The notes beneath the pieces are model-generated. The model saw only the letters and a list, made by a program, of their open reading frames with translations. It made no database searches and had not been told where the DNA came from. Made by a program: the position numbers and the translations under genes. A stretch of 64,000 nucleotides of DNA, taken from NCBI GenBank assembly GCA_963792585.1, contig CAWBWI010000001.1:1600001-1664000 (forward strand), written 5' to 3'. Shown here one piece after another: positions 1-8,942 of this stretch. Origin of the DNA: Candidatus Eiseniibacteriota bacterium. GTDB taxonomy: Bacteria; Eisenbacteria; RBG-16-71-46; CAIMUX01; VGJL01. Positions within the stretch are counted from its first letter, which is position 1, and each line of letters opens with the position of its first letter.

Positions 1-792
1 CGAGGGGGGCGCCGGCGAGCCATTCAAGGCCGCCGCGATGTCGAGGGAGAGCCCAAGATCCGTTATCTCCTCCCGAAAGCCCGTTGTATCGGGAGCCAGG
101 AACCAGATGACGGAATTGTCATGGGGCAAGTGCTGATAGCACCCTGAGAAGTCCTCGCCGGTCGCGAAGCGCGCGCCGATTCCCGCCTGGTTGAGCTGCC
201 CGATCAGCATCTGCTCGAGCACCTGCGCGGGCATACCGGGCTGGGTCGGCTGCGTGACGGTGATCTGCCCCACGGTCAGTCTCACGAACGCCGGGTTGCC
301 GTGCACGTCTCTGCCGCTTGCCGTACCACTCAGGGAGCAAATGCCCTCCTGGTCCGGGAAGGGGAGCCCGAGAGCGACCTGATCGGGCTCCTGTGAATCA
401 TCGCGGATCACGTTCACCGAGTGGATCATCCAACCATTCTGCCCCTTGAATGAGACTTCGGCGGTCGTGCCCAACGCCTTGACGGTGTCGCGGAGCGCCA
501 CCCTCGCCCAGAACTCCGTTCTCAGAAAGCTCGCCTTGTCGGCCGCAGTCCAGGAGCTGTCCACGTCCAGGCTCACCTCCGGGTAAGCGAAGGTGCCGTC
601 GTCCGTCATCACCACGAGACTGACCGTCAGTCGGCCGTTCTTCGTCGGCTTGCCACAGGTGAGCTTGGAGGTGAAACCGAGGACCGGTGAGGCGGCCGCG
701 AACACCGCCAGAGCCAATAGCGCAGCGGCGGCAAGCCGCCGGAACCGGACGGCGAGATGTCGATCCGCAGCGGGACGAAAGATCGGGGTCAT
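1..792 (-). CDS. Secreted hypothetical protein (3' end runs off the window)
   Basis: Not in the ORF track; translated by hand. AGGAGGAG RBS then ATG at 792, open for 264 codons to the window edge: MTPIFRPAADRHLAVRFRRLAAAALLALAVFAAASPVLG (signal peptide-like) FTSKLTCGKPTKNG... Confidence 0.75.
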   Translation of the reverse strand, partial: MTPIFRPAADRHLAVRFRRLAAAALLALAVFAAASPVLGFTSKLTCGKPTKNGRLTVSLVVMTDDGTFAYPEVSLDVDSSWTAADKASFLRTEFWARVALRDTVKALGTTAEVSFKGQNGWMIHSVNVIRDDSQEPDQVALGLPFPDQEGICSLSGTASGRDVHGNPAFVRLTVGQITVTQPTQPGMPAQVLEQMLIGQLNQAGIGARFATGEDFSGCYQHLPHDNSVIWFLAPDTTGFREEITDLGLSLDIAAALNGSPAPPS

Positions 793-1041
793 GATCTCCT
801 CCTGTCGATTTCGAGGGGCCCCGACGCGGCCGTTTGCCGGTGTCGGTGTCGGCCCCTGGCGCCGGCGGAAGTGCCGTCCGCCCGCGCTCGATCTACAGGG
901 GGATTCTGGGTCGGGTCTCTTACACCGGACTTACAGACTCGACGGAATGCAGGCTGGATTCCGAGACGCTCCGATCACCGCTGGATGAACGGACGGGGGG
1001 AACACTCGAGCACCTGGTGTCGGCAGCGGCTGCCAGCACGA

Positions 1042-2304
1042 TCAGTCGAGCGCGAGCGAGCCTTCGGAGGGGGTTTCCTCGCGCAGGATGCACCACGTGT
1101 CCAGCCGATCCAGGAATCCGCTGGCCGCGAGGTACTTGTGGTCCAGCATCCCGCGAGGGTCCTTGTCACCGATTGCGGTGATTTCTTTCTGGAGCATGCA
1201 GGCGACGTGGACTGCGGTCAGCGGGGCGAATTGCCTGTGGACGCACTCCATCGGAGTGTGGTGGAAGGCGATGGCCTCGACGATCGTGCTGCCGAGGCCC
1301 CAGGTTCCCATGAGATAGGCCCCGACCTCCGCATGGGTCACCCCGAGCGTCGCCCGTTCGAGTTCGAGAAGCGTTCCCCCGCCCGACTCCGCCTGCTCGA
1401 CCAGATTCCGATAGGTCTCGGGGAAGTTGACCGCAAGCACGATTCGCCCCACGTCATGGAGCATCCCGGCGGCAAACGCGTCATCGATGAGATTGCGGTC
1501 GTTCGTCTCTGTCTCGGCGATTCGTTTCGCCCACTGCGAGGTCACGAGGCTGTGGTGCCAGATATGGTCCAGGTTCAACCAGGAGGAAAGCTGGTGGTCG
1601 GCGTGCTGGAAGATGTGGCACGCCATGACCAGGGAACTCACGGTGTGGATTCCCAGGAAGCGCACGGCGAGGATCGGGTCGGAGATCCGGCTTCGGATCG
1701 AGAAGTAGGCGGAGTTGACCAGGCGCAGAATCTTCGCCGTCATCGCGACATCTTGAGAGACGATCTCTCCGGCGCGGACCAGGGAGCATTCCTGTTTCGC
1801 CAGTTCAGCCATCAATTGCTGGAGCAGCGCCGGGGCGCTCGGCAGCGTGTCCATCTGGGCCACGACCACCCGGATGCGCTCGTTCTCGAAGAGGCGTTGG
1901 AGGGCGACGGTACGCTGGACGACCGAGCGCAGGTTGGCCGGCTCGCAGGCGCTGTCGTGGGCCGCGGCTCCTATGGATCGAAGCGTGGCTTCCTCATCCG
2001 ACTGCCCGGAGAGGATGACCCTCACCGTGCTCGGCCAGGACACGTCCTTCTGGGATCGATTCTCGACATCGTCGACTTCGGGGATATGTTGATCCGAGAT
2101 CACCACGTCCTGGTGGGTTTCCCGGAGCAAGGCGAGCGCTTCCCCTCCCGTGCGCACGAACGTCATCTCCCACTCGCCCTTCAGGGAGTGGAGTTGCTTG
2201 TGCAGCCCGGCCAAGAGCCTCGGGTCGTCATCCACGAAGAGGATGCGCAGCATGGGAGGACCCGCCGCCTCCGTCTGCGATCGATTCACGTCCGGGGAAG
2301 CCAT
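1042..2304 (-). CDS. Response-regulator receiver + HDOD domain protein
   Basis: N-terminal ILFVDDD...ISD receiver; HDOD motifs LPSAP, DVAMTAKILRLVNSAYF, IWHHS, AGMLHDVGRIVL, THAEVGAYL..WGL..IVEAIAFHH. Start could be 2253. Confidence 0.9.
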   Translation of the reverse strand: MASPDVNRSQTEAAGPPMLRILFVDDDPRLLAGLHKQLHSLKGEWEMTFVRTGGEALALLRETHQDVVISDQHIPEVDDVENRSQKDVSWPSTVRVILSGQSDEEATLRSIGAAAHDSACEPANLRSVVQRTVALQRLFENERIRVVVAQMDTLPSAPALLQQLMAELAKQECSLVRAGEIVSQDVAMTAKILRLVNSAYFSIRSRISDPILAVRFLGIHTVSSLVMACHIFQHADHQLSSWLNLDHIWHHSLVTSQWAKRIAETETNDRNLIDDAFAAGMLHDVGRIVLAVNFPETYRNLVEQAESGGGTLLELERATLGVTHAEVGAYLMGTWGLGSTIVEAIAFHHTPMECVHRQFAPLTAVHVACMLQKEITAIGDKDPRGMLDHKYLAASGFLDRLDTWCILREETPSEGSLALD

Positions 2305-2434
2305 CCCCCTGGTTTTCGGCCGGAATCACACCGATCTTGAGCCCAAGGGATTCGCTCGGTCGCAAGACTCCGCCCGGCGGACCCTTGAGGGCCGTGGCGC
2401 TGCAGCGGCGACGATGTCCGAGTCCGCCTTCGTA

Positions 2435-4738
2435 TCACTTGAGGTAGACGAGCCGCCGCTCCGAGGTCCGTTTTCCGACGGTCAATCGAGCGAAGTAGAC
2501 CCCGGCAGCCAGATTTCGAGGAGTCCATCGGGTCTGCAGGACGGTCCCTGCCGTCAGTCCCGATCCAACGCCTCCGGTCCGCAGGACGGCGACCTCTCGA
2601 CCGGTCAAATCGTGGATGTCCAGCCGCACCGGCTCGTTCGTCCGGCTCGAGGCGGGGATTTCATAGTGGAGCGTCACGGAGCCGCGGAACGGACTTCCGT
2701 CGACCGTGAGGCCCTGCCATGCGAGCGCCGGCTCCCCGGTGACATCAGCGGGCGCGCCGTGGACCATGACCCGGTCGGGCGCGCTCCAGACGGCGACGTC
2801 TCCCTCCCCGTCCACGGACTGAACGAGATACGAGAACATCCCTTCGGGATGTCCCGTGAACGTGTACTGCGGAGAGGAGAGGTTCGTGGCCACCGTCGTC
2901 TCATTGAAGAACAGGTCCGTCGGCTCGATGTCGTCGACATACCACCCGCCGCTGCTGGTCCCCTGATCCGTGACGTAGTGGAATCGGACCCAAACCGTCT
3001 GGCCGACGTATCCCGCGAGGCTGAACGTCGCCTGGACCCAGTTGGAGCTGCCGGTGACCCCGTTGCCGCTGTTCTGGCCGTTCGGGTCCGCGTTCGTGGT
3101 GATCGTGCCTGCCAGCGGAGTGTAGTGCCGCGCGTCGGTCGCGACCTCGATGTAGCCGTAGTCCCAGCCGCTCTCGATGTTGTACCAGGTCCAGAACTTC
3201 AGGTTTTCCCCTGGGAGGACCTTGTGTCCGCGGCGGGAGGTGAGGACGTTGTTCATCTGGTCGTTATTGCCGCTGAACCAGCTGTGGTTGGAAGAGTGGT
3301 AGCGGGTCGTACTCACGTTCCACCCGTGAGGATCCCAGCGGTTTGGATTGCTCCCCTCGACGTTGTCCTGCCCGACGATCCCCAACGTCGCCTCGATCAG
3401 GTTCCAGGCGGTGGCCGGATTGGAGGGATCGGGATTGGGGACGCTCCACTCCAGCGTGAAGGTGGTCGGCACGGTGTCAGGAGCCGCCACCACGGAAATC
3501 CCCGGCGTCAGGACGCGCATCGGATCATCGGCCAGTTCGCAGAGCCGGAAGTTGGCCTCGCGATTCTCAGCAAGGAGGGCGGGGATGCGGCTCGGGGCGG
3601 GCCAGAAGCCGTCGTTGCCGCTCCCGGACTCGGTCACGAAAGCATAGATCTTCGGCTTTGTTCCCTGCTCTCCGTACATCCAGTCGCAGGCATCGCCGTT
3701 CGTCCGGTAGAGGATCTGCCAGGGGTTCCCCGGTCGGTAGCCGCTCGTCGCATTGCGCATGTAACCGAGCGCGAGCAGTCCATCGTAGTCGGGCGAGAGA
3801 ACATTGTCGTATCCCCACGCAAAGAGTTGGAGACCGCCGTACGAGTGGTTGTTCACGGAATTGGTGAAACGATGTCCGTTGCAGAAGTCCCGGATCGCCT
3901 GCGTCTCCGCCTCGCTGAATGCGCTGGGGCCACGGTATGTCTCGTCGCTCCCGAAAGGGCTCGATCCGTTGTTGTCGAAGCCCCACAGGTATCCGAAGTT
4001 CCGGTTTAGATCGATGCCGATGCTCCCATCTTGATTGGTCCGCCGGTTCTTCCGCCACATCCCGCCGCCGTTCGGATTGGTCGTGTGGTTGTATTCGACA
4101 CCGTCCGGATTGACGACGGGCTCGATCCAGATCTGCCGGTTGTCGACGATCCAGGTCATCCGGGGGTCGGTTCCGTAGCGGGAGACGAGGGAGTCGGCCA
4201 TGTCGTAGACGATCTCGAAAGTGATCGGCTCGCGCGCGTGGATGTAGGCGTTGAAGAAGGCTTCGGGCTTCCCGTTGTCCGCGTTCGGGCTGCTGGAGAT
4301 CTTGTAGACGTAGATCTGCCGTCCCTCGAAGGTCGTGCCGATGCTCTGCTTCGGGCTCATGATGCTCGGATGGGCCGCCTGGAGTGCATCCATCGCTTCG
4401 ATGGCCGTCACATAGTTGTGGTACCCGCCGTAATCGCGCGTGTGTCCAAGGCGGTCCGCGTAGAACTGCTCGAGGTCGGGAATCGCGATGTCGACCTTGA
4501 AACCGAGTCCGGTCAGGGCCGCGGCCCGGCCTTCGTCGGCCGGGAACTCGACCGTACTGCCCTGAACGACCGCACCGCAGTCCCCCACCTCGGGGGCAGC
4601 CTGTCGCAACCGGACGAATTCAGCCTTATCTTCGGTTGTGACCCGGATCAACTGCGTCGCAGATGCGATCATCACGAATCCGAAGAGCATGGTCGCGGCA
4701 AGACCTAGGACCTGAGCGAGGCGAAAGCGGACCGGCAT
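2435..4738 (-). CDS. M14 zinc carboxypeptidase (carboxypeptidase T-like) with beta-sandwich domain and FlgD/T9SS-like C-terminal domain
   Basis: GGAGG RBS and ATG at 4738; signal peptide; IHAREP, WRKNR, DLNRNF, NHSYG and catalytic TE motifs; YNIESGWDYGY..GWYVDDI domain; terminal AAGVYFARLTVG. Confidence 0.92.
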   Translation of the reverse strand: MPVRFRLAQVLGLAATMLFGFVMIASATQLIRVTTEDKAEFVRLRQAAPEVGDCGAVVQGSTVEFPADEGRAAALTGLGFKVDIAIPDLEQFYADRLGHTRDYGGYHNYVTAIEAMDALQAAHPSIMSPKQSIGTTFEGRQIYVYKISSSPNADNGKPEAFFNAYIHAREPITFEIVYDMADSLVSRYGTDPRMTWIVDNRQIWIEPVVNPDGVEYNHTTNPNGGGMWRKNRRTNQDGSIGIDLNRNFGYLWGFDNNGSSPFGSDETYRGPSAFSEAETQAIRDFCNGHRFTNSVNNHSYGGLQLFAWGYDNVLSPDYDGLLALGYMRNATSGYRPGNPWQILYRTNGDACDWMYGEQGTKPKIYAFVTESGSGNDGFWPAPSRIPALLAENREANFRLCELADDPMRVLTPGISVVAAPDTVPTTFTLEWSVPNPDPSNPATAWNLIEATLGIVGQDNVEGSNPNRWDPHGWNVSTTRYHSSNHSWFSGNNDQMNNVLTSRRGHKVLPGENLKFWTWYNIESGWDYGYIEVATDARHYTPLAGTITTNADPNGQNSGNGVTGSSNWVQATFSLAGYVGQTVWVRFHYVTDQGTSSGGWYVDDIEPTDLFFNETTVATNLSSPQYTFTGHPEGMFSYLVQSVDGEGDVAVWSAPDRVMVHGAPADVTGEPALAWQGLTVDGSPFRGSVTLHYEIPASSRTNEPVRLDIHDLTGREVAVLRTGGVGSGLTAGTVLQTRWTPRNLAAGVYFARLTVGKRTSERRLVYLK

Positions 4739-4931
4739 GGGACCCCTCCAGGTTGGGTACTCACGTACCTCGTGTTGCTGATCCCATGGCCGGGTCGAGG
4801 CATGCGCGCCACCCCCCAGCAGTGGGCGGACTCTCAATCATACCACGCGGGGCGGGGATCTCTGGCACGCCGGGGGGGGGCAAGGCCGCAACGGCTCACC
4901 GGTCGGCGTGGGGACGGGCGGCCCGGACGTC

Positions 4932-6572
4932 TCAGTTGGCGCAACTGCCCGAGGCGGCGTTGTTCCCTTCATTCGACTCTGCGACCTGGTGGTCCGCGTC
5001 GACGAGAATCCTGAAATCGCATTCGGGATCGAAACAGGTCTCCGGGACCTTGAACAGGAGGTCCACCGCTCCGCCGGCCGGAATGGCGGGCGTGTTCTGC
5101 GTGCTGCGAACGTTGCCGAAGTCGACCATGGTGCCCGAAGGCCCCGCGTCGCCGTTTCCCACGTTTTTTACGGTTACGCGCAGCAGCTTCCTGTTCTCCT
5201 CGAGCCGACAGAATGCACCGAGGTCGGTCCCCGCGGGACTGAAGGGCACCAGATCCGCAACCCTCACGCTGGGAATCCCCCCGGGCACGACGGGCTTGAA
5301 CGCCAGCACGCTGATGTCCTCACCGTGGAAGTGGCCTGGATCGCTGTCCTTGTCCCGAAAGACGGAGGAGACCTTGTAACTCAGTGTCCCCGATGGACTC
5401 CCTGGAGTCTTCGCGTAACTCCAGTCGTCGATCCAGACGCCCATCTCCCTGATGTGTTCGTCGTCACATCCCTTGATCGCCTGACCGTATCCAAGCTGCC
5501 AGCCCGTCAGCATCGGGATCGCGTACTCGAATGCGATCTGGTCGATGGTCCCGTCATGGCTTTCCGTGGCGCCCGCCTGGGTGACGCACGGCTCGTTCCA
5601 CCCCTTGTCCTCGACCGGCAGGATCGAGAACGGCGGTCGTATGATTCCAACATCACTTCCGCCACAGGCAGAGACCATCTCGCCGAACGTGTAGTCTCTT
5701 CTATTGTCGTTGTCCTTCAGGATGCAGTAGCTGTCCCAGCTCACGAATCGTGAGTCCACGAGACTCGAGAGCCCGGCCAGCGGGTTTTCCACACCGGTCG
5801 CCTTCCGGTACTTCTTGCCCGGCTCGATCAGATTCTGCCCGTGATCGATGTCGTAGCCCACTTGCAGCATGTTGTGATCATCATCGTCCCAGACGAAGCC
5901 GAATCCGCGTGGGAGGACGGCCACGGTCCCCCGCACCGGAAACTCGGGGCTCTCGACAAACGAGCTGAACGAAGACAGGGCCGTTGTCGTCCCTTCATTC
6001 CCCGCGAAATAGAAGTTGTCCGATCGCGTCGTGTCCGCGCCACAGAACTTCTCCGCGTCGTCGTGATTGACGAGTACGTCCAGTGCGGTGCCGTCCCACA
6101 CGATGACGGTGTAGTGGTACGTCCACTCGTAACCTTCCTTCGCATCGTTGTCGCGCAGCAATCCTATGGCGTTCCACACGACCTGTCCGTCCTGTTTCCG
6201 GATCTTCCCGATCATGGTCCCGAATGCTCGGACGTGCTCGTCGCCGCCCCCGTAGCTGACGCGCCAGCCGTTCAGCACCACCGTCACCCGGTTGCCGTAC
6301 CTGGGGAGATCCGCGGCCTGTTCGACCTTCACGTAGTCTCCGGAGCCGAGTTGCGCCGTGCCGAACCCATGCATGACCATGATCGTCCCCGGAGTCTCCA
6401 TCACCACCCAGCGATCCTGGGCGGTCAGATCCGTGAGCGGCAGATCCTCGAGCTCCTGGCAGAAGTCGGTCGCCTGCGGGGGGTCGTACGAGCACGACGC
6501 AAGAAGGAACAGGAAGACTCCAACGAGCCCCGTCGTCAACGTCCGCGCGGCGGGCCGGTTCCCCATGCTCAT
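4932..6572 (-). CDS. Hypothetical lipoprotein: three internal repeats + C-terminal CARDB-like Ig domain; paralog of the upstream gene
   Basis: ATG 1 nt after the upstream stop; lipobox FLLASC; C-terminal ADLVP..VTVKNVGNGDAG..ILVDADHQVAESNEGNN is CARDB-like. Confidence 0.8.
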   Translation of the reverse strand: MSMGNRPAARTLTTGLVGVFLFLLASCSYDPPQATDFCQELEDLPLTDLTAQDRWVVMETPGTIMVMHGFGTAQLGSGDYVKVEQAADLPRYGNRVTVVLNGWRVSYGGGDEHVRAFGTMIGKIRKQDGQVVWNAIGLLRDNDAKEGYEWTYHYTVIVWDGTALDVLVNHDDAEKFCGADTTRSDNFYFAGNEGTTTALSSFSSFVESPEFPVRGTVAVLPRGFGFVWDDDDHNMLQVGYDIDHGQNLIEPGKKYRKATGVENPLAGLSSLVDSRFVSWDSYCILKDNDNRRDYTFGEMVSACGGSDVGIIRPPFSILPVEDKGWNEPCVTQAGATESHDGTIDQIAFEYAIPMLTGWQLGYGQAIKGCDDEHIREMGVWIDDWSYAKTPGSPSGTLSYKVSSVFRDKDSDPGHFHGEDISVLAFKPVVPGGIPSVRVADLVPFSPAGTDLGAFCRLEENRKLLRVTVKNVGNGDAGPSGTMVDFGNVRSTQNTPAIPAGGAVDLLFKVPETCFDPECDFRILVDADHQVAESNEGNNAASGSCAN

Positions 6573-6573
6573 C

Positions 6574-7959
6574 TCACTTGCCTCCGTCCATGTACATTTG
6601 ACCGGGCTGGTCCTCGCCTTGGTCGGGCCCGCTCGGGCCGGCGATCGGACTCTTCTCCCCACCAATGGGAATCAGTCCCAGGATGGAGACCTTCTTGGTC
6701 CGCGTGTGTTCCGGATCGCTGTCCTTGTCGCGCAGGACAGAGGAGACCACGTACCGCAGCGTTCCGCCCTGGGGCCCGAGTGAGTAGCTCCAGCTCTCGA
6801 TCCAGATCCCCATTTCCGTTACCTGCTCGTCGTCGCATCCGTACTTGAGCTCCCAACCGGTGAGCATCGGCACCGCGCATTCGAAGGGGATGTTCTCGAC
6901 CGTGAACTCCTCCGAGAGGACGTCTCCCTGGCCCGACGAGACGCACGACGTGGTCGGTCCCGTGTCCTCCTTGGGCAGAATCGAAAAGGGGGGTTGGATG
7001 ACGCCGACATCGGTGCCGCCCAGTGCGGAGGCCATCTCACCGAAGAGGTAGTCTCTTCGCTTGTCGTTGTCCTTGAAGACGGCCTGCGCGTCCCAGCTCA
7101 CGAAACCGGAGTCGGCGTGGCTCGTGAGAAGGGTCGAGGGAATCGTCAGCTCGTGGAACGCCTTCCGGTATTTCTTCTCCTGCTCGACGAAGGTCTCGCT
7201 GTGGTCCAGGTTGTATGCGATCTGGAGCAGGTGGTGATCCGAGTCGCCGCGGAATCCGAATCCCCTCGGCAATACGGCGACGGTGCCGCGGGATACGAAT
7301 GCGGGGTTCTGGATGAAGCTGCTGAAGGAGGCGAGCGCTGTCGTCGTTCCGTCGTTCGGTGCGAAGAAGAAGTTGTCGGCCGCGCCCCCGTTCGAGTTGC
7401 AGAAGGCGGTCGCATCATCGTGGTCGACGACTGCGTCGATGGCCGGGTCGTTCCATGCGATGACGGTGTAGTGGTAGCACCATTCATAGGCGTCATCGAA
7501 GTTCTTGTCGGAGAGGATCCCGGCCGCCTGCCAGTTCAGGGTATTGCGCGCCAACTCGATCCTGCCGACAAAGGTCCCGACGCCCTCGATTTCGTGGTCC
7601 TTGTGCAGGTATTTCACCTTCCAGCCATTGAGGAAGACTGTTGCCCGATTGGCGAAGACGGGCAGTTCCAGCGTCTGCTGGACCTTGATGATGTTCTCCG
7701 TTTCATCCTCGTTGGACTCCGCGCAGGCGGATCCATGGTAGACGGCGAATCGCTGGGCCGGATCGAGGAGCACCTGGACGGGCGGATCCCCAATCGGATC
7801 CTTCAGTGGGGCGTCATCGAAGCGTGAGCACAGACCAGCCTCCACCGAGAATCCACAGGCCGTCGCCAGGATCAAGGCAAGGAGACCCGCGGGTATGGCC
7901 GCTCGTGCCGCCGGAAGGAGGAAGGCCGGGAACGGGGACGATAGCCGGATCATCTTCAT
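6574..7959 (-). CDS. Hypothetical (lipo)protein with three internal repeats; paralog of 4932..6572
   Basis: Signal peptide with LATAC; shares long blocks with the neighbour (YHYTVIxW, TTTALxSFSSF, RGTVAVLPRGFGF, KDNDxRRDYxFGEM, PPFSILPxED, PMLTGW, RDKDSDP). Confidence 0.8.
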   Translation of the reverse strand: MKMIRLSSPFPAFLLPAARAAIPAGLLALILATACGFSVEAGLCSRFDDAPLKDPIGDPPVQVLLDPAQRFAVYHGSACAESNEDETENIIKVQQTLELPVFANRATVFLNGWKVKYLHKDHEIEGVGTFVGRIELARNTLNWQAAGILSDKNFDDAYEWCYHYTVIAWNDPAIDAVVDHDDATAFCNSNGGAADNFFFAPNDGTTTALASFSSFIQNPAFVSRGTVAVLPRGFGFRGDSDHHLLQIAYNLDHSETFVEQEKKYRKAFHELTIPSTLLTSHADSGFVSWDAQAVFKDNDKRRDYLFGEMASALGGTDVGVIQPPFSILPKEDTGPTTSCVSSGQGDVLSEEFTVENIPFECAVPMLTGWELKYGCDDEQVTEMGIWIESWSYSLGPQGGTLRYVVSSVLRDKDSDPEHTRTKKVSILGLIPIGGEKSPIAGPSGPDQGEDQPGQMYMDGGK

Positions 7960-8264
7960 CAGTGTGCCCTCTACGACCCTCATCGAGGTCTCCGGAGATT
8001 GGTGTCGAGCGGCCCGAGGCTCTTGCGCGCTTCGTGGCTATCGTTCAAACAGAAGTCACGGGGTTGAAGCTCCGCGCGTCAGGCTCAGGCGCTCAACGTA
8101 ACGAACGAAGCTAACAGATTCACTCCAGCCGTGCGCGAATAGTTCTCGTTCGCCGAGAGCTACTCTCGGGGAAGGAATCCCGGCGGGTCGGGTGGTATCT
8201 CCCAACGCAGCCTTCGGTTGCGGGACTTGCCCGCGAAACTCGTCCTAGGGGCTGAATATGATTC

Positions 8265-8290
8265 GTAACCCATTCCGTGTCCGGGCGTAG
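8265..8290 (+). promoter_or_regulatory. Candidate ECF-type autoregulatory promoter
   Basis: GTAAC-N16-CGTA (AAC...CGT spacing typical of ECF promoters) about 65 bp upstream of the ECF gene. Confidence 0.45.
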
Positions 8291-8357
8291 AATGGCCTAA
8301 GCGAAAGCGCCCCCGCTTTCGTCCTCTAGGGTGAGTTCGGGGTTGGCGGAGATGGTG

Positions 8358-8942
8358 ATGCAAGACTGTCGCGCTGACATCGAACTGGCCCGGCAAGCAG
8401 CCTCCGGTGAACAGAGCTCTTGGCGTCAGATCTACGATGCGACCTGCGATCGACTGGCTTCCATCCTGCTCTGTCTGGTCGGCAACCGCGACGAAGCCCT
8501 CGACCTGCTTCAGGAGACGTACCTCCAAGCGTTTCGACACATCGACCGCTATCGCGGAGATGCGCCCATCGAGGTCTGGCTGCGGGTGATCGCGATTCGC
8601 AAAGCGCTCGATTGGAGAAGGACGGTGCTCCGTCGGATCAAGCAGACGGTCCGTCTCACCGAGACAACGGCGACGGTGGATCCCCTTCCCGGAGCTGCCG
8701 GGGCGGACCAGGCATCACCGACCCTCCTGAGGGCGCTGCGAAAGCTCTCACCGTCGCAGCAGGCCGCGCTGATCCTCCGGGAGTGCGAGGGATGGAGCTT
8801 TGCCGAGGTCGCGAAGGCGCTCGGGTGCAAAGAGAGCACCGCGCGCGTCCACCACGCGAAGGCGAGGGAGCGAATGCACCGGATCCTGACACGGGGTTCT
8901 TTGAACTGGAAAGAGGACGGTCTGGAAGGGCAGCCGATATGA
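8358..8942 (+). CDS. ECF RNA polymerase sigma-70 factor
   Basis: Region 2 EALDLLQETYLQAFRHIDRYRG..WLRVIA; region 4 LSPSQQAALILRECEGWSFAEVAKALGCKESTARVH. Alternative start at 8352. Confidence 0.92.
   Translation: MQDCRADIELARQAASGEQSSWRQIYDATCDRLASILLCLVGNRDEALDLLQETYLQAFRHIDRYRGDAPIEVWLRVIAIRKALDWRRTVLRRIKQTVRLTETTATVDPLPGAAGADQASPTLLRALRKLSPSQQAALILRECEGWSFAEVAKALGCKESTARVHHAKARERMHRILTRGSLNWKEDGLEGQPI

Noticed and set aside
810..860. c-di-GMP-I riboswitch (GGCAAAC on the minus strand)
   Set aside because: The GAAA tetraloop and GCAAAGC junction of the second stem are missing.
2319..2330. TGTGATTCCGGC found both upstream of the HDOD gene and at 62808-62819 before the ECF gene
   Set aside because: Chance 12-mer matches are common in 64 kb, and no shared -10 element follows.
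757..4708. Long + strand ORFs (757..2340, 2150..4009, 4031..4708) and similar Arg/Pro-rich ORFs throughout the track
   Set aside because: Antisense or off-frame shadows of real genes, expected in high-GC DNA; no motifs or RBS.
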